From Candidatus Latescibacterota bacterium (lineage in GTDB: Bacteria; Latescibacterota; UBA2968; GCA-2709665): a stretch of DNA of 64,000 nt. This document shows positions 50,787-62,207 of this stretch, piece after piece; position 1 is the stretch's first letter, and every line of letters starts with the position of its first letter. A program made the position numbers and the translations under genes. Below the pieces are notes generated by a model. That model was given only the letters and a program-made list of their open reading frames with translations. It had not been told where the DNA came from and made no database searches. The DNA lies in assembly GCA_965237675.1 (NCBI GenBank), contig OZ250150.1:3296001-3360000 (forward strand), read 5' to 3'.

Positions 50787-51419
50787 ATGGCATCAGTTGA
50801 GGTAACAGACCTCCAAGGCGAGGTTGTGGGATCCGTCGACCTCCCGGAGGCGATCTTCGGGATAGAACCTTCTCACCATGCCATCTATCATACGGTCAAG
50901 ATGTATCTGACAAACCAGCGCCAGGGCAATGCCCATTCCAAGACCCGTGCCGAGGTTCGACGCAGCAAGCGGAAGTTATATAGACAAAAGGGCACGGGAC
51001 GAGCGAGAGCCGGCACTGCATCTTCCCCAATTCGGGTCGGAGGCGGGGTTGCTCACGGCCCCAGACCGCGAGAGTTGAGCGAGCGCGTGCCCAAGAAGGT
51101 CCGGCGATTGGCGCTGAAATCGGCGCTTTCCCTAAAGGTTTCGAATGGTGCCATCAAGGTGGTGGAAGACTTCACGTTTGACGAACCCAAAACGAAACGT
51201 ATGGAGGGGATGACGCAGGCCATACAGATCGACGATCGAAAGGTTCTTCTGCTCACGCCGGCGGCGTCGCCGAATGTCCTGAAGTCATGTCGGAATTTAT
51301 CCAACCTTCATGTGCTGCCGGTAGCCCAGGTCTCAACATACGATGTGGTCAACGCGGATGCCGTCGTTTTTACCAGGGAAGCCCTGGGCGGGCTGCAGGC
51401 CATCGGGGGGGCGGCATGA
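50787..51419 (+). CDS. rplD: 50S ribosomal protein L4
   Basis: RQG...KTRAEV, RQKGTGRARAG, GGGVAHGP. Confidence 0.96.
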   Translation: MASVEVTDLQGEVVGSVDLPEAIFGIEPSHHAIYHTVKMYLTNQRQGNAHSKTRAEVRRSKRKLYRQKGTGRARAGTASSPIRVGGGVAHGPRPRELSERVPKKVRRLALKSALSLKVSNGAIKVVEDFTFDEPKTKRMEGMTQAIQIDDRKVLLLTPAASPNVLKSCRNLSNLHVLPVAQVSTYDVVNADAVVFTREALGGLQAIGGAA

Positions 51420-51709
51420 AGAAAGATTTCACAGACATCATCCGCAGGCCGCTGATTACCGAGAGGGCTTCCGAACTCCAGGAAAAACACAACAAGTTTG
51501 TGTTTGAAGTACGGGTCGACGCCAACAAGCTGGAAATCAAGAAGGCCGCTGAGACGATGTTCAATGTACGGGTGCTGAAAATCAATACGTCGTCCTTCTC
51601 TGGAAAGCTAAAAAGAATGGGCCGGTTTCAGGGCCGCCGTGCAAACTGGAAAAAGGCGATCATCACCCTTGCGGACGGTGATACCATAGACTTCTTCGGA
51701 GAATCCTGA
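51416..51709 (+). CDS. rplW: 50S ribosomal protein L23
   Basis: PLITE, ANK.EIK.A, WKKAIITL. Confidence 0.96.
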   Translation: MKKDFTDIIRRPLITERASELQEKHNKFVFEVRVDANKLEIKKAAETMFNVRVLKINTSSFSGKLKRMGRFQGRRANWKKAIITLADGDTIDFFGES

Positions 51710-51712
51710 TCA

Positions 51713-52543
51713 ATGCCCGTCAAATCGTTTCGACCTCTTACGCCCTCGCTGCGGCACAAAACCGTCTCCACGTTTGAAGAGATTACCCGATCTCAACCCG
51801 AGAAGTCGCTCATTGAGGCGAACAAGAAGAGTGGTGGGCGAAACAATATGGGCCGTATCACGAGTCGACGGCGGGGCGGCGGACACCGTCGGCACTACCG
51901 GGTCGTTGATTTCAAACGCAACAAGCACGGTGTTCCGGCCCGGGTACACTCGATTGAGTACGATCCAAATCGCTCCGCCAGAATCGCACTGCTCCATTAC
52001 GCAGACGGCGAGAAGCGGTACATTCTGGCGCCCACGGCTCTGGAGGTTCGCACTCAGGTGTTATCCGGTCCGGATGCCGACGTTCGGCCCGGCAATGCGC
52101 TTCCTCTTGAGAACATCCCGCAGGGAACCTACGTTCACAATGTCGAGCTGCAACCCGGTAAGGGCGGACAGTTGGGGCGTTCGGCCGGTACGGAAATTCA
52201 GATCATGGCCAAAGAAGGTAAGTTCGCGCAACTCCGCCTGCCCTCCGGCGAGGTTCGCCTGGTGCCGGTTAGGTGTTACGCCACCGTCGGACAGGTTGGA
52301 AATCCGGAACACGAAAACGTCGTTTTGGGAAACGCGGGTCGCAACAGGTGGTTGGGGAGGCGTCCGTCGGTGAGGGGGGTGGCCATGAACCCCGTCGATC
52401 ACCCGCACGGAGGAGGGGAAGGACGTGCCTCGGGTGGCGGACATCCGGTAACCCCGTGGGGGGTGCCCACAAAGGGATACAAGACGAGAAAACCCAAGAA
52501 ACAATCCAATAAACTCATCGTGAGAAGACCAGACAAGAGATAA
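51713..52543 (+). CDS. rplB: 50S ribosomal protein L2
   Basis: [34 protein letters not shown]. Confidence 0.98.
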   Translation: MPVKSFRPLTPSLRHKTVSTFEEITRSQPEKSLIEANKKSGGRNNMGRITSRRRGGGHRRHYRVVDFKRNKHGVPARVHSIEYDPNRSARIALLHYADGEKRYILAPTALEVRTQVLSGPDADVRPGNALPLENIPQGTYVHNVELQPGKGGQLGRSAGTEIQIMAKEGKFAQLRLPSGEVRLVPVRCYATVGQVGNPEHENVVLGNAGRNRWLGRRPSVRGVAMNPVDHPHGGGEGRASGGGHPVTPWGVPTKGYKTRKPKKQSNKLIVRRPDKR

Positions 52544-52559
52544 CCCCAGCGAGGATTGA

Positions 52560-52847
52560 ATGGCACGGTCGCTAAAAAAAGGCCCGTATGTGGAGCCGAG
52601 TCTTCTGGCGAAGATCGAGGGAATGAACAACTCTGGCAACAAGCGTGTGATTCAGACGTGGGCCCGTCGTTCGACCATTTCTCCAGAATTTGTTGGACAT
52701 ACGCTCGCGGTGCACAACGGGAACAAGTTCATTCCGGTGTACGTAACGGAAAATATGGTGGGTCACAAGCTGGGAGAGTTCGCCCCTACACGTACTTTTC
52801 GGGGGCACTCGGGAAGCCTCACGGAGCGTTCCACGGGGCTGAAGTAG
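52560..52847 (+). CDS. rpsS: 30S ribosomal protein S19
   Basis: [24 protein letters not shown]. Confidence 0.97.
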   Translation: MARSLKKGPYVEPSLLAKIEGMNNSGNKRVIQTWARRSTISPEFVGHTLAVHNGNKFIPVYVTENMVGHKLGEFAPTRTFRGHSGSLTERSTGLK

Positions 52848-52958
52848 CTTCGGCGCACAATGTGGCGCGTTGGTACCGGTTTTCGATGTTCGACGGTGAG
52901 CTTCTCCACGCGAGACGGAGTTGACCTCCGTGAAGGCACCCGTAAGGAAGGATCTTTG

Positions 52959-53300
52959 ATGACGGCCAGGGCAGTAATCAGATATGTCAGGATCTCACCT
53001 CGAAAAGCACGACAGGTGGTGGACCTTGTGCGTGGCAAAGGTGTTGAAGAAGCGTTTCACATTCTTCAGTTTACGCCCAAGAAGGCGGCCAGAATCGTAG
53101 AACGCACGCTGCGGTCGGCGGTGGCCAATGCCGCCAACAACGAGGCGTCCGCGGCCCGTGAAGAAGCCCTGTACGTTCAAGAGGCGTTCGTGAACGGCGC
53201 CATCGCAATGCGTCGGCTTCGTCCTATGCCACGTGGCGCCGCCGGGTTTATACGAAAGCGTTGCAGCCATATCACCCTCGTCGTTTCGGACGACAATTAG
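52959..53300 (+). CDS. rplV: 50S ribosomal protein L22
   Basis: RISPRKAR.VVDLVRG, SAVANA, SHITL. Confidence 0.95.
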   Translation: MTARAVIRYVRISPRKARQVVDLVRGKGVEEAFHILQFTPKKAARIVERTLRSAVANAANNEASAAREEALYVQEAFVNGAIAMRRLRPMPRGAAGFIRKRCSHITLVVSDDN

Positions 53301-53318
53301 TCGTCGGGAGGATTGCTC

Positions 53319-53975
53319 TTGGGCCAGAAAACACACCCAACCGGATTCCGATTGGGCATCGTAAAAGACTGGCGTTCCCGCTGGTATGCCGGCAAGGATT
53401 TTGCGGAACTGCTCAAAGAAGACCTGATGCTGCGGCGGTACATTCAGAGCAGGCTTCAGCGGGCAAGCGTATCGCAAATTGAGATCGAACGTGCGCCGAA
53501 ACGGGTCACCATTTCGGTTCATACCGCTCGTCCCGGCATCGTGATCGGCCGCAAGGGGCAAGAGGTTGACAAGCTCCGGGACGAATTGAAACACATCACT
53601 GGTAAAGAGATATATATCAATATACAGGAAATCAAACGGCCCGAAACGAATGCGCAATTGGTCGCCGACAATATCGCGCGTCAGTTGGAGCAGCGCGTTT
53701 CGTTCCGGCGAGCGATGAAGAAGGCCATCGCTTCGGCGATGCGCATGGGTGCCGACGGCATAAAGATTGTATGCGGCGGGCGTTTGGGTGGCGCGGAAAT
53801 GGCGCGAATCGAAAAGTCGGAACCCGCCGGCAGAGTGCCGTTGCATACGCTGCGGGCCGATATCGACTATGCCACTTCCACAGCCTTTACAAACTCGGGC
53901 ACCGTGGGGGTCAAGGTGTGGGTGTGTCACGGCGAGGTTGTGGAACGTCGCATTTCGGGTGGGCCGGCGCAGTAA
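53319..53975 (+). CDS. rpsC: 30S ribosomal protein S3
   Basis: [33 protein letters not shown]. Confidence 0.97.
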   Translation: MGQKTHPTGFRLGIVKDWRSRWYAGKDFAELLKEDLMLRRYIQSRLQRASVSQIEIERAPKRVTISVHTARPGIVIGRKGQEVDKLRDELKHITGKEIYINIQEIKRPETNAQLVADNIARQLEQRVSFRRAMKKAIASAMRMGADGIKIVCGGRLGGAEMARIEKSEPAGRVPLHTLRADIDYATSTAFTNSGTVGVKVWVCHGEVVERRISGGPAQ

Positions 53976-54007
53976 TCGGAAACGGGTTTCATTAAGGATC
54001 TGACTCC

Positions 54008-54427
54008 ATGTTGATGCCGAAAAGGGTAAAGTGGCGAAAACAGCAGCGCGGACGCATGCGTGGCATGGCGTACCGGGGCAGCAAAATCGCTTTTGGAGAA
54101 TTCGCGCTCCAGGCGCTGGAGCCCGCGTGGATCACCAGCCGGCAGATCGAAGCGGCGCGGGTGGCCATTACGCGCGCGCTTGGGCGTGGTGGCAAAGTTT
54201 GGATCCGTCTGTTTCCCGACAAACCCGTCACCGTCAAACCCGCGGAGACGCGGATGGGTAAGGGCAAAGGAAATCCGGAATACTGGGTGGCCGTCGTAAA
54301 GCCGGGCCGCATTATGTTCGAAATCGATGGGGTTCAACGAGAGAGCGCCCGGGAGGCCATGCGAAAGGCCGGCCACAAAATGCCTATCAAGACCCGGTTT
54401 ATCGAACGGGGAGACAGCGAAGAATGA
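54008..54427 (+). CDS. rplP: 50S ribosomal protein L16
   Basis: [22 protein letters not shown]. Confidence 0.97.
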   Translation: MLMPKRVKWRKQQRGRMRGMAYRGSKIAFGEFALQALEPAWITSRQIEAARVAITRALGRGGKVWIRLFPDKPVTVKPAETRMGKGKGNPEYWVAVVKPGRIMFEIDGVQRESAREAMRKAGHKMPIKTRFIERGDSEE

Positions 54428-54669
54428 AAGCCAGCGAGATTCGTCAGATGACTGCGAGCGAGGTCGATGAGTTGCTCGCCGATAGGCTTGAGGAGTTGTA
54501 CAACTTGAGAATTCAGCTTGTCACCCAACAACTCGACAACCCGCTTCGGGTACAGTCGGTCCGACGGGACATCGCCCGAATTAAAACGGTTCTGAGCGCG
54601 CGCGCACTGGGTCCGAACGCCACGACCGGTGCCGACGGTGTCGAATCCAGAGGATCGGAAGGAAATTAA
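54424..54669 (+). CDS. rpmC: 50S ribosomal protein L29 with C-terminal extension
   Basis: [19 protein letters not shown]. Confidence 0.95.
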   Translation: MKASEIRQMTASEVDELLADRLEELYNLRIQLVTQQLDNPLRVQSVRRDIARIKTVLSARALGPNATTGADGVESRGSEGN

Positions 54670-54672
54670 ACT

Positions 54673-54939
54673 ATGGCACAAACCGACACGCGCGGCCGTC
54701 GTAAGACCCTTGAGGGTCGGGTGCTGAGTAATCAGGCCAATAAGACAATTGTCGTGGAAGTTACCTGGCGGACGCCCCATCCATTTTATGGCAAGGTTAT
54801 ACGGCGTCGTTCCAAATTTGCGGCACACGACGAACACAATTTGGCGAACACCGGCGACACCGTGTTAATTATGGAAACACGCCCGATTAGCAAAACCAAA
54901 CGGTGGCGACTCACTGAGATTCTGGAAAAGGTTCAATAG
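54673..54939 (+). CDS. rpsQ: 30S ribosomal protein S17
   Basis: KTIVV, HPFYGK, AHDE, ETRPISKTKRW. Confidence 0.96.
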   Translation: MAQTDTRGRRKTLEGRVLSNQANKTIVVEVTWRTPHPFYGKVIRRRSKFAAHDEHNLANTGDTVLIMETRPISKTKRWRLTEILEKVQ

Positions 54940-54951
54940 GGAGTATTCAGG

Positions 54952-55320
54952 ATGGTTACGGATCAGACGGTGTTGAACTGTGCTGACAATAGCGGTGCCC
55001 GCAAGGTGATGTGTTTCCGGGTGCTGGGCGGGTCTCGGCGAAGATATGCCGGGTTGGGCGATACCATCGTCGTTGCCGTAAAAGACGCGCAGCCCAACAG
55101 TGCGGTAAAAAAAGGAGAAGTCGCACGGGCCGTTATTGTTCGGACCAAGAAGGAGGCGCGACGCTCCGATGGTTCTTACATCCGTTTCGACGACAATGCG
55201 GCTGTGCTGATAGACGCCGAGGGAGAGCCGAGGGCAACGCGCATTTTCGGACCGGTCGCAAGGGAATTACGCGACAGGCGGTTTATGCGAATTGTCTCTC
55301 TGGCGGCTGAAGTCGTTTGA
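54952..55320 (+). CDS. rplN: 50S ribosomal protein L14
   Basis: [25 protein letters not shown]. Confidence 0.97.
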   Translation: MVTDQTVLNCADNSGARKVMCFRVLGGSRRRYAGLGDTIVVAVKDAQPNSAVKKGEVARAVIVRTKKEARRSDGSYIRFDDNAAVLIDAEGEPRATRIFGPVARELRDRRFMRIVSLAAEVV

Positions 55321-55346
55321 GTATTCATCCGTGAGGGAGTCGAGCT

Positions 55347-55676
55347 TTGAAACTTCATATTCGCAGGGGTGATCAGGTCGAGGTCATCGGCGGTGTCGAC
55401 GCGGGGAGGCGCGGACGTGTCCTGAAGGTATTCCCGAAAAAGGCGCGGGCGCTGGTGGAGGGCATTAACTTTATCAAACGCCATACCCGGCCCGGGCCAC
55501 GAAATCAGCAGGGCGGTATTGTCGAGAAAGAGGCGCCCGTTCACATTTCCAAGCTCATGTTGATCGATCCACAGACCGACGAGCCCACCAGGATACGCCG
55601 GAAGAGACTGGAGAACGGCGTTCGTATTCGGCTTTCGGTCAAGAGTGGCGAACAGATTTCCGAAGCGAATAAATAG
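55347..55676 (+). CDS. rplX: 50S ribosomal protein L24
   Basis: [22 protein letters not shown]. Confidence 0.96.
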   Translation: MKLHIRRGDQVEVIGGVDAGRRGRVLKVFPKKARALVEGINFIKRHTRPGPRNQQGGIVEKEAPVHISKLMLIDPQTDEPTRIRRKRLENGVRIRLSVKSGEQISEANK

Positions 55677-55686
55677 AGAGGGTCGG

Positions 55687-56241
55687 ATGGCGGCGCGACT
55701 GCGTGAAGTGTACAACAACGAGATCGTCCCGGCGATGGTTTCGCATTTCTCCTACAAGAACGCGATGCAGGTACCCAGACTCGAGAAGATCATCCTGAAT
55801 ATGGGCTTGGGAGAGGCCGTCCAGAATCCGAAGGCGATCGACAGCGCCATCGCGGACCTGTCTACCATTGCGGGGCAGCGTCCTTCGGTACGGCGCGCAA
55901 AAAAGTCGGTGTCGAATTTCAAACTGCGCGAGGGCATGCCCATCGGGTGCGCCGTAACGCTCCGCCGAGATAGGATGTATGAGTTTCTGGACCGATTTTT
56001 CACGTTTGCCATACCACGTACACGCGACTTCAGGGGTTTGTCTCCCAATGCCTTCGACGGCCGGGGGAATTATACTGTGGGTGTGCGTGAGCAGATCATT
56101 TTTCCGGAAATCAACTACGATCAGATCGATCAGATTCGAGGGATGGACGTGACCCTTGTTACCACGGCCCGAACCGACGAAGAGGCATTTGAATTGTTCA
56201 AGCGCTTTGGCATGCCGTTCCAGACGGCCGAAGCGGCCTGA
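55687..56241 (+). CDS. rplE: 50S ribosomal protein L5
   Basis: VPRLEKI..NMG, FKLREG, FDGRGNY, IFPEI. Confidence 0.97.
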   Translation: MAARLREVYNNEIVPAMVSHFSYKNAMQVPRLEKIILNMGLGEAVQNPKAIDSAIADLSTIAGQRPSVRRAKKSVSNFKLREGMPIGCAVTLRRDRMYEFLDRFFTFAIPRTRDFRGLSPNAFDGRGNYTVGVREQIIFPEINYDQIDQIRGMDVTLVTTARTDEEAFELFKRFGMPFQTAEAA

Positions 56242-56264
56242 CTCCAAGAAAGCGAGCGTTTTTT

Positions 56265-56450
56265 GTGGCAAAAAAGACGTTGATTGTCAAGGCAAATAAG
56301 AAACCGAAGTTTGCCGTTCGCCGGTATAATCGTTGCCATCGTTGCGGACGCCCCAGAGGCTACATGAGGCAGTTCGGAATCTGTCGGATCTGCTTCAGAG
56401 AACTGGCGTTACGGGGTGAGATTCCGGGGGTTGCGAAGGCGAGTTGGTAA
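56265..56450 (+). CDS. rpsN: 30S ribosomal protein S14 (type Z, Zn-binding)
   Basis: RC.RCGR...CRICFR, IPGV.KASW. Confidence 0.96.
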   Translation: MAKKTLIVKANKKPKFAVRRYNRCHRCGRPRGYMRQFGICRICFRELALRGEIPGVAKASW

Positions 56451-56481
56451 CCCTTGTGACATACAGGAGGCGGTCTGGCTT

Positions 56482-56880
56482 ATGAGTATGAGCGATCCCG
56501 TTGCTGATATGCTGACCCGTATTCGAAATGCGGCCGGGGCCGGGCACCGGAAAGTAGACATTCCGGGCTCCCGGCTAAAACGTGAATTTGCCCGAATTAT
56601 GAAAGCGAAAGGGTTCATCCACAACTTCGCCTACGTGGAAGACAACCGGCAGGGCTACATCAGGCTCTATCTCAGGTACAGTTCCGACGATGAGAGCGCC
56701 ATTCAAGGATTGGAACGCATCAGCCGGCCGGGGCTCCGTCGTTACGTCGGCGCCGGCGAAATCCCCAGGGTACTCAACGGTCTCGGCATAGCCGTGCTTT
56801 CCACTTCACGGGGTATTCTTACGGATAGCGAGGCCCGCATGGCCGGGGTCGGCGGCGAGGTTCTCTGCCACCTCTGGTAG
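56482..56880 (+). CDS. rpsH: 30S ribosomal protein S8
   Basis: DPVADMLTRIRNA, SRPGLR.Y, STSRG, GGEVLC. Confidence 0.97.
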   Translation: MSMSDPVADMLTRIRNAAGAGHRKVDIPGSRLKREFARIMKAKGFIHNFAYVEDNRQGYIRLYLRYSSDDESAIQGLERISRPGLRRYVGAGEIPRVLNGLGIAVLSTSRGILTDSEARMAGVGGEVLCHLW

Positions 56881-56895
56881 ATGGGAGGAGTCCAC

Positions 56896-57462
56896 GTGTC
56901 ACGCATTGGAAAACAACCGATTCCACTTCCGGATGACGTTCAGGTCCAGGTTCAGTCGGACGGGGTGCGGGTAAAGGGTAGCAAGGGGGAACTGATGGTC
57001 CGGATTCATCCGTTAACACACGTCCGGCAGGCAGACGGGACGCTTAGTGTGACGGTTGAGGATATTGAAGACCGGGAGTCAAAGGCGGTGTGGGGTCTGA
57101 CACGAGCGTTGTTGGCCAACGCGGTTGAAGGCGTGCGTAACGGCTTTGAAAAACGGCTGGTCGTCGTGGGTGTGGGGTATCGCGCCGAAATGAAGGGTAG
57201 AAGTCTCGATCTACAGGTCGGTTTCAGCCATCCCGTGATTATGGAGCCCCTCGAAGGCGTCGAAATGAGCGTTGAAGCGGCCCCGGCCGATATGGAAACT
57301 GCCCAGGCGTCAATTGTCATTCGGGGTGCGGACAAAGAGCGGGTGGGGCGGATGGCTGCCGATATTCGAAAAGTCCGTCCCCCGGAGCCTTATAAGGGTA
57401 AAGGGATACGGTACTTTAATGAGTATGTTCGTCGTAAGGCCGGTAAGGCCGGTATAAGGTAA
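56896..57462 (+). CDS. rplF: 50S ribosomal protein L6
   Basis: SRIGK.PI, GVGYRA, PPEPYKGKGIRY. Confidence 0.97.
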   Translation: MSRIGKQPIPLPDDVQVQVQSDGVRVKGSKGELMVRIHPLTHVRQADGTLSVTVEDIEDRESKAVWGLTRALLANAVEGVRNGFEKRLVVVGVGYRAEMKGRSLDLQVGFSHPVIMEPLEGVEMSVEAAPADMETAQASIVIRGADKERVGRMAADIRKVRPPEPYKGKGIRYFNEYVRRKAGKAGIR

Positions 57463-57491
57463 TTTTCGGGACGTATACGGAGTGAATTTTC

Positions 57492-57860
57492 ATGGCAAAT
57501 CCACAGATCCAGAAGGCCAACCTGCGCCGGCGCCGCCGATTGCGAATTCGGAAAAAGATCCGCGGTACGCCCGGGCGGCCCCGATTGGCGGTAAGCAGAA
57601 GTCTGAATCACATTGAGGTGCAACTGATCGACGACACGACGGGCCGGTCCTTGCTTGGACTTTCGAGCAATTCTCGAGAAATCCGAGACACGCTCTCGGG
57701 CAACAAGAGCCAAAAGGGCCGCGAGGTCGGACGCGCCGTAGCAGTCAAAGCGCTGGAGGTCGGCATAAAAACGGTCGTTTTCGATCGGGGCGGCCGCCTG
57801 TATCACGGCCGGATCAAGGCATTGGCCGACGGCGCGCGCGAAGGCGGGTTGCGGTTTTAG
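57492..57860 (+). CDS. rplR: 50S ribosomal protein L18
   Basis: RPRLAV.RS, FDRGG..YHGR, AREGGL.F. Confidence 0.96.
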   Translation: MANPQIQKANLRRRRRLRIRKKIRGTPGRPRLAVSRSLNHIEVQLIDDTTGRSLLGLSSNSREIRDTLSGNKSQKGREVGRAVAVKALEVGIKTVVFDRGGRLYHGRIKALADGAREGGLRF

Positions 57861-57890
57861 GGGCGGTTGCCGGAATCAAAGGAGTTCCAT

Positions 57891-58406
57891 TTGAAACGAA
57901 TAGATCCTGCGGGTTTGGACCTGACCGAAATCGTTATCAATAACAGCCTCAAGCGGGTATCCCACGTGCGCAAGGGCGGCCGTCGGTTCGCATTCAACGT
58001 GATGGTGGTTGTTGGCGACCGTCAGGGTCACGTCGGTGCTGGATTGGGCAAGGCGGGAGAGGTGGCCGAAGCCATCCGCAAAGCCACGGAAAATGCAAAA
58101 AAAGAACTGGTACGTATACCAGTGAATAACGGAACAATACCGCATGAAATTATCGGTAACTTTGGCGCTTCCCGGGTGTTGTTGAGGCCTGCGGCGCCTG
58201 GAACCGGCGTGATCGCCGGGGGAGGTATTCGGGCAGTCCTGGAATTGGCTGGCGTGCAGAACGTGCTGACCAAGTCACTGGGGTCCCAGAATACCCACAA
58301 TACCGTAAAGGCGACGCTTCAGGGTTTGTCCAGCCTCCGCGACGCGCGGGCGTTTGCACAGTTAAGGGATGTCGATGAAGCGGAATTGACCGGTGCTCGG
58401 GAGTAA
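57891..58406 (+). CDS. rpsE: 30S ribosomal protein S5
   Basis: [21 protein letters not shown]. Confidence 0.96.
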   Translation: MKRIDPAGLDLTEIVINNSLKRVSHVRKGGRRFAFNVMVVVGDRQGHVGAGLGKAGEVAEAIRKATENAKKELVRIPVNNGTIPHEIIGNFGASRVLLRPAAPGTGVIAGGGIRAVLELAGVQNVLTKSLGSQNTHNTVKATLQGLSSLRDARAFAQLRDVDEAELTGARE

Positions 58407-58412
58407 TGCCGC

Positions 58413-58610
58413 ATGGCTCACGATGGAAAAAAGCTGAAAATCATCCAGGTTCGCAGTGTGATTTCACGCAATGAAAAGCAGCGGCGTACGCTCAGGGCGC
58501 TTGGAATCCTCCGTATTCGCCACAGTGTGGTTCATGACGATACGGCGCAAATCCGCGGCATGGTCAACGCGGTTGCGCACCTCGTCGAGGTGAAACAGGA
58601 AGACGGCTGA
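58413..58610 (+). CDS. rpmD: 50S ribosomal protein L30
   Basis: RS.I, TLRALG, IRGM...V.HL. Confidence 0.94.
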   Translation: MAHDGKKLKIIQVRSVISRNEKQRRTLRALGILRIRHSVVHDDTAQIRGMVNAVAHLVEVKQEDG

Positions 58611-58685
58611 TCCTGGTGACGGACGTCGGCACGTCCGGCTGAGAAGAACCGGGGTCGTTTACTTGGACGCATAAGGGCTAGCAAG

Positions 58686-59147
58686 ATGAAACCAGGAAAG
58701 CTCAAGCCCCCGTCAGGCGCGGTTAAGAGGCGAAAACGGCTGGGTTGCGGGGTTGGTTCCGGCTGCGGCAAAACAAGCGGAAGAGGCCACAAGGGTCAGA
58801 AGTCCCGTTCGGGCTCGAAAACAAGACCGTGGTTTGAGGGCGGACAGATGCCGTTGCAACGCAGGCTGCCCAAGGTAGGATTCAACAACCCGGCGAAGGT
58901 GGTTTATCAGGTCGTTAACCTGGACGATATCGCCAAGCGGGGATTGTCCGGACAGGTGACGCCCGGACATCTGAAACAGTCGGGTCTGATTCGGTCGATT
59001 CGACGGCCTGTGAAGATTCTGGGTCGAGGTGAGGTTTCCGATGTCATACAGGTTCAGGCACACGCAGTATCCAGGTCGGCCGTCGAGAAAATTGAAAAGG
59101 CCGGAGGGAGTGTCAGCCTGATGGTCGCCGGTTTCAGCGCAGGTTAA
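58686..59147 (+). CDS. rplO: 50S ribosomal protein L15
   Basis: GKTSGRGHKGQKSRSG, FEGGQMPL.RRLPK. Confidence 0.96.
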   Translation: MKPGKLKPPSGAVKRRKRLGCGVGSGCGKTSGRGHKGQKSRSGSKTRPWFEGGQMPLQRRLPKVGFNNPAKVVYQVVNLDDIAKRGLSGQVTPGHLKQSGLIRSIRRPVKILGRGEVSDVIQVQAHAVSRSAVEKIEKAGGSVSLMVAGFSAG

Positions 59148-59161
59148 TTGGAGAGGAGGCG

Positions 59162-60502
59162 TTGGTGCTTCAGAGTTTCCAGAGTGCCTTTCGAATCCCG
59201 GAGTTACGCAATCGTATCCTGTTTACGCTGGGGATTCTGATCGTCTTTCGGATTGGTACGTATGTGACCATACCCGGCATTGACCCAAGGGCTTTGGACG
59301 AATACTTCAGCAGCGCCGCTACCGGCGTCCTGGGATTTTACGATATGTTTGCCGGTGGCGCATTCGGCCGGGCAACCGTTTTCGCGCTGGGAATTATGCC
59401 GTATATCAGCGCGTCCATCATTCTCCAGCTGATGGGCGCTGTCATACCCTTTTTGCAGAAGCTTCAGAAGGAGGGCGAAGAGGGGCGCAAGAAGATCACG
59501 CAATATACCCGCTACGGAACCGTTGCGCTGGCCGCCGCTCAGTCCTTTGGCGTCAGCTTGTTTATGGAAAGCCTCCGATCGCCAATCTCGGGGATGCTGG
59601 TGGTGCCCGATCCGGGTCTGGGCTTCCGGTTGCTGACGATTCTGACCATAACCGCCGGAACCGTGTTTGTTATGTGGCTGGGGGAACAGATTGACGACAG
59701 GGGTATCGGTAACGGGATGTCGATGTTGATTTTTATCGGGATTATTGCTCGTGCGCCCTCGGCCGTCATTCAGGAATATCAGGATTTTGTGGCCAACAAC
59801 AAGCCCATCCTGCTGGAGTTGTTTGTGGTTGTCATTATTGTCGCGGTTACCGCACTGGTGGTGCTCATTACGCAGGGCACGCGGAAGATTCCGGTACAAT
59901 ACGCCAAGCGTGTTGTGGGCAGGCGGGTATATGGCGGCCAGAGCACCCATATTCCACTAAAGGTGAATACCTCCGGTGTGATGCCGATCATTTTCGCACA
60001 GGCCATCATGTTCTTGCCATCCACCCTGGCCAATTTTTTTCCTCAGAACGAGTGGGTGCAGGATATGGCTTCCCGATTCTCGCCCGCCACCACATTACAT
60101 GCCATGCCCTACTGGATGCTCTATTCCACGATGATAATTTTCTTTGCGTATTTCTATACGGCAATCGTGTTCAATCCGGTTGACCTGGCTGACAATATGA
60201 AAAGACAGGGCGGGTTTATTCCCGGAATTCGGCCCGGCAAACGGACATCCGATTTTATCGATCGAATTCTGACTCGAATTACGCTTCCAGGGTCGATTTT
60301 TCTGGCGGCAATCGCGGTTTTCCCATTTTTTATTATCAGTTGGGCCGATGTGAATCCCGGCCTGATCGACTTCTTCGGGGGCACCGGTCTGCTTATCATC
60401 GTAGGTGTGGCGCTGGACACGTTGCAGCAGGTGGAGTCTCATCTCCTGATGCGGCACTACGATGGCTTTATGAAAAAGGGAAGGCTCAGGGGCCGAAGAT
60501 GA
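59162..60502 (+). CDS. secY: Preprotein translocase subunit SecY
   Basis: [35 protein letters not shown]. Confidence 0.97.
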   Translation: MVLQSFQSAFRIPELRNRILFTLGILIVFRIGTYVTIPGIDPRALDEYFSSAATGVLGFYDMFAGGAFGRATVFALGIMPYISASIILQLMGAVIPFLQKLQKEGEEGRKKITQYTRYGTVALAAAQSFGVSLFMESLRSPISGMLVVPDPGLGFRLLTILTITAGTVFVMWLGEQIDDRGIGNGMSMLIFIGIIARAPSAVIQEYQDFVANNKPILLELFVVVIIVAVTALVVLITQGTRKIPVQYAKRVVGRRVYGGQSTHIPLKVNTSGVMPIIFAQAIMFLPSTLANFFPQNEWVQDMASRFSPATTLHAMPYWMLYSTMIIFFAYFYTAIVFNPVDLADNMKRQGGFIPGIRPGKRTSDFIDRILTRITLPGSIFLAAIAVFPFFIISWADVNPGLIDFFGGTGLLIIVGVALDTLQQVESHLLMRHYDGFMKKGRLRGRR

Positions 60503-60518
60503 CCGAAAGGATAAAGGG

Positions 60519-60635
60519 ATGAGGGTTCGCGCGTCCGTTAAGAAACGATGCAACCACTGTAAGATCATACGCAGAAAAGGTGTGGTTCGTGTGATTTGCA
60601 AACACGATCCAAGTCATAAACAGAGACAGGGATAG
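60519..60635 (+). CDS. rpmJ: 50S ribosomal protein L36
   Basis: [38 protein letters not shown]; missing from the ORF track. Confidence 0.96.
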   Translation: MRVRASVKKRCNHCKIIRRKGVVRVICKHDPSHKQRQG

Positions 60636-60667
60636 GCCTTCGGAAACCGAACGAAGGGGGAGATACA

Positions 60668-61048
60668 ATGGCTCGTATCGCAGGTGTCGATATTCCGCGG
60701 GAAAAGCGGGTCGAAATCGCGCTGACCTATATCTACGGTATTGGCAGAAGCGCGTCGAACAAGATCCTTGAGAAAACGCAGATTTCCCCGGACACCCGCG
60801 TTGACGCTCTGAACGAGGAGGACGTTGCCAAACTCCGGAGCGTGATCGAGGGAGAATACCGGGTGGAGGGCAACCTGAGGAGCGAGGTGGCCATGAATAT
60901 CAAGCGGCTGATGGATATTGGCTGCTATCGCGGGTTTCGCTGGCGGAGGGGGCTCCCGGTGCGCGGCCAGCGGACGCGCACCAATGCCCGCACGAGGAAA
61001 GGGCCGAAAAAAATTCAGATTGCCAAGAAGAAGAAAGCGCAAATTTAA
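60668..61048 (+). CDS. rpsM: 30S ribosomal protein S13
   Basis: [33 protein letters not shown]. Confidence 0.97.
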   Translation: MARIAGVDIPREKRVEIALTYIYGIGRSASNKILEKTQISPDTRVDALNEEDVAKLRSVIEGEYRVEGNLRSEVAMNIKRLMDIGCYRGFRWRRGLPVRGQRTRTNARTRKGPKKIQIAKKKKAQI

Positions 61049-61070
61049 TCAACCGTAAGGAGGCGATCAC

Positions 61071-61460
61071 TTGCCGCCGGAACAGGGAAAAGGCCGACGA
61101 CGGAACAAGCGGGTTGACGGGCAGGGTGTTGCACATATCAAGGCAACGTTCAACAATACCATTGTTACCCTGACCGACAAAGACGGCCACGTGATATCGT
61201 GGTCCACGACGGGAAAGGTTGGATTTAATGGTTCCCGGAAAAGTACACCCTTTGCCGCCCAGTTGGCTGCGGAAGCTGCGGCAAAAGAAGCGATGTCCAT
61301 GGGGCTGCGGCGTGTCGAGGTATGGGTTAAGGGCCCCGGTGTCGGCCGCGAGGCCGCCGTTCGCGCGCTGCAGGCCGCCGGGCTGGAAATCGCAGCCATC
61401 CGCGACGTCACGCCGATTCCCCACAACGGCTGTCGGCCGCCCAAGCGGCGTCGGGTGTAA
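61071..61460 (+). CDS. rpsK: 30S ribosomal protein S11
   Basis: [32 protein letters not shown]. Confidence 0.97.
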   Translation: MPPEQGKGRRRNKRVDGQGVAHIKATFNNTIVTLTDKDGHVISWSTTGKVGFNGSRKSTPFAAQLAAEAAAKEAMSMGLRRVEVWVKGPGVGREAAVRALQAAGLEIAAIRDVTPIPHNGCRPPKRRRV

Positions 61461-61487
61461 CGGCATCCGACCTAGGAGGTCTATTGC

Positions 61488-62117
61488 ATGGCAAGGTATA
61501 CGGATTCGAGCTGTAAATTGTGTCGCCGCGAAGGGGTAAAGTTGTTTCTTAAAGGTGAACGCTGCTACCTGGACAAGTGCTCGTTCGAAAAGCGTAGCTA
61601 TGCACCGGGCATGCACGGACAGAGACAGGGTCGCAAGCCTTCGGAATATGGGCTGCAGCTCAGGGAAAAGCAAAAAGCCAAGCGCCAATACGGCGTGCTG
61701 GAGAGGCAGTTCCGCGGCTATTATCACAAGGCCGCACGCCGGAAGGGCGTAACGGGAGAGCTTCTCCTGCAGACACTAGAGAGTCGCCTGGACAACGTCA
61801 CCCACCGGCTGGGCTTCGCGCCCTCTCACAAGGCGGCGCGTCAGCTGGTGCGTCATCGGCACATCATGGTGAATGGGCGCGTTGTAGACGTTCCTTCTTT
61901 TCAGGTCACGCCCGGCGATACGATTCAGGTACGGGAAAAGAGCCGTCAACTGGCGCTGATCCACGACTCTATCAAGCGGAGCGGCGAGGGGCGGCAGGCT
62001 TCCTGGTTGTCTCTGGACAAAGTCAATCTCACCGGAACTGTCCTCGAATATCCGGACAGGGAGGATATTCCGACACCGGTTGAAGAGCAACTCATCGTCG
62101 AGTTGTATTCGAAATAA
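61488..62117 (+). CDS. rpsD: 30S ribosomal protein S4
   Basis: [30 protein letters not shown]. Confidence 0.97.
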   Translation: MARYTDSSCKLCRREGVKLFLKGERCYLDKCSFEKRSYAPGMHGQRQGRKPSEYGLQLREKQKAKRQYGVLERQFRGYYHKAARRKGVTGELLLQTLESRLDNVTHRLGFAPSHKAARQLVRHRHIMVNGRVVDVPSFQVTPGDTIQVREKSRQLALIHDSIKRSGEGRQASWLSLDKVNLTGTVLEYPDREDIPTPVEEQLIVELYSK

Positions 62118-62207
62118 TAACTGCGGCTTGACGTGGTGTGGCCCCGCTATTCAAGCAATGCACGGGCTGCTGTATTTATTTTCAGAGGATCTAAGGAGAA
62201 TGCTTGT

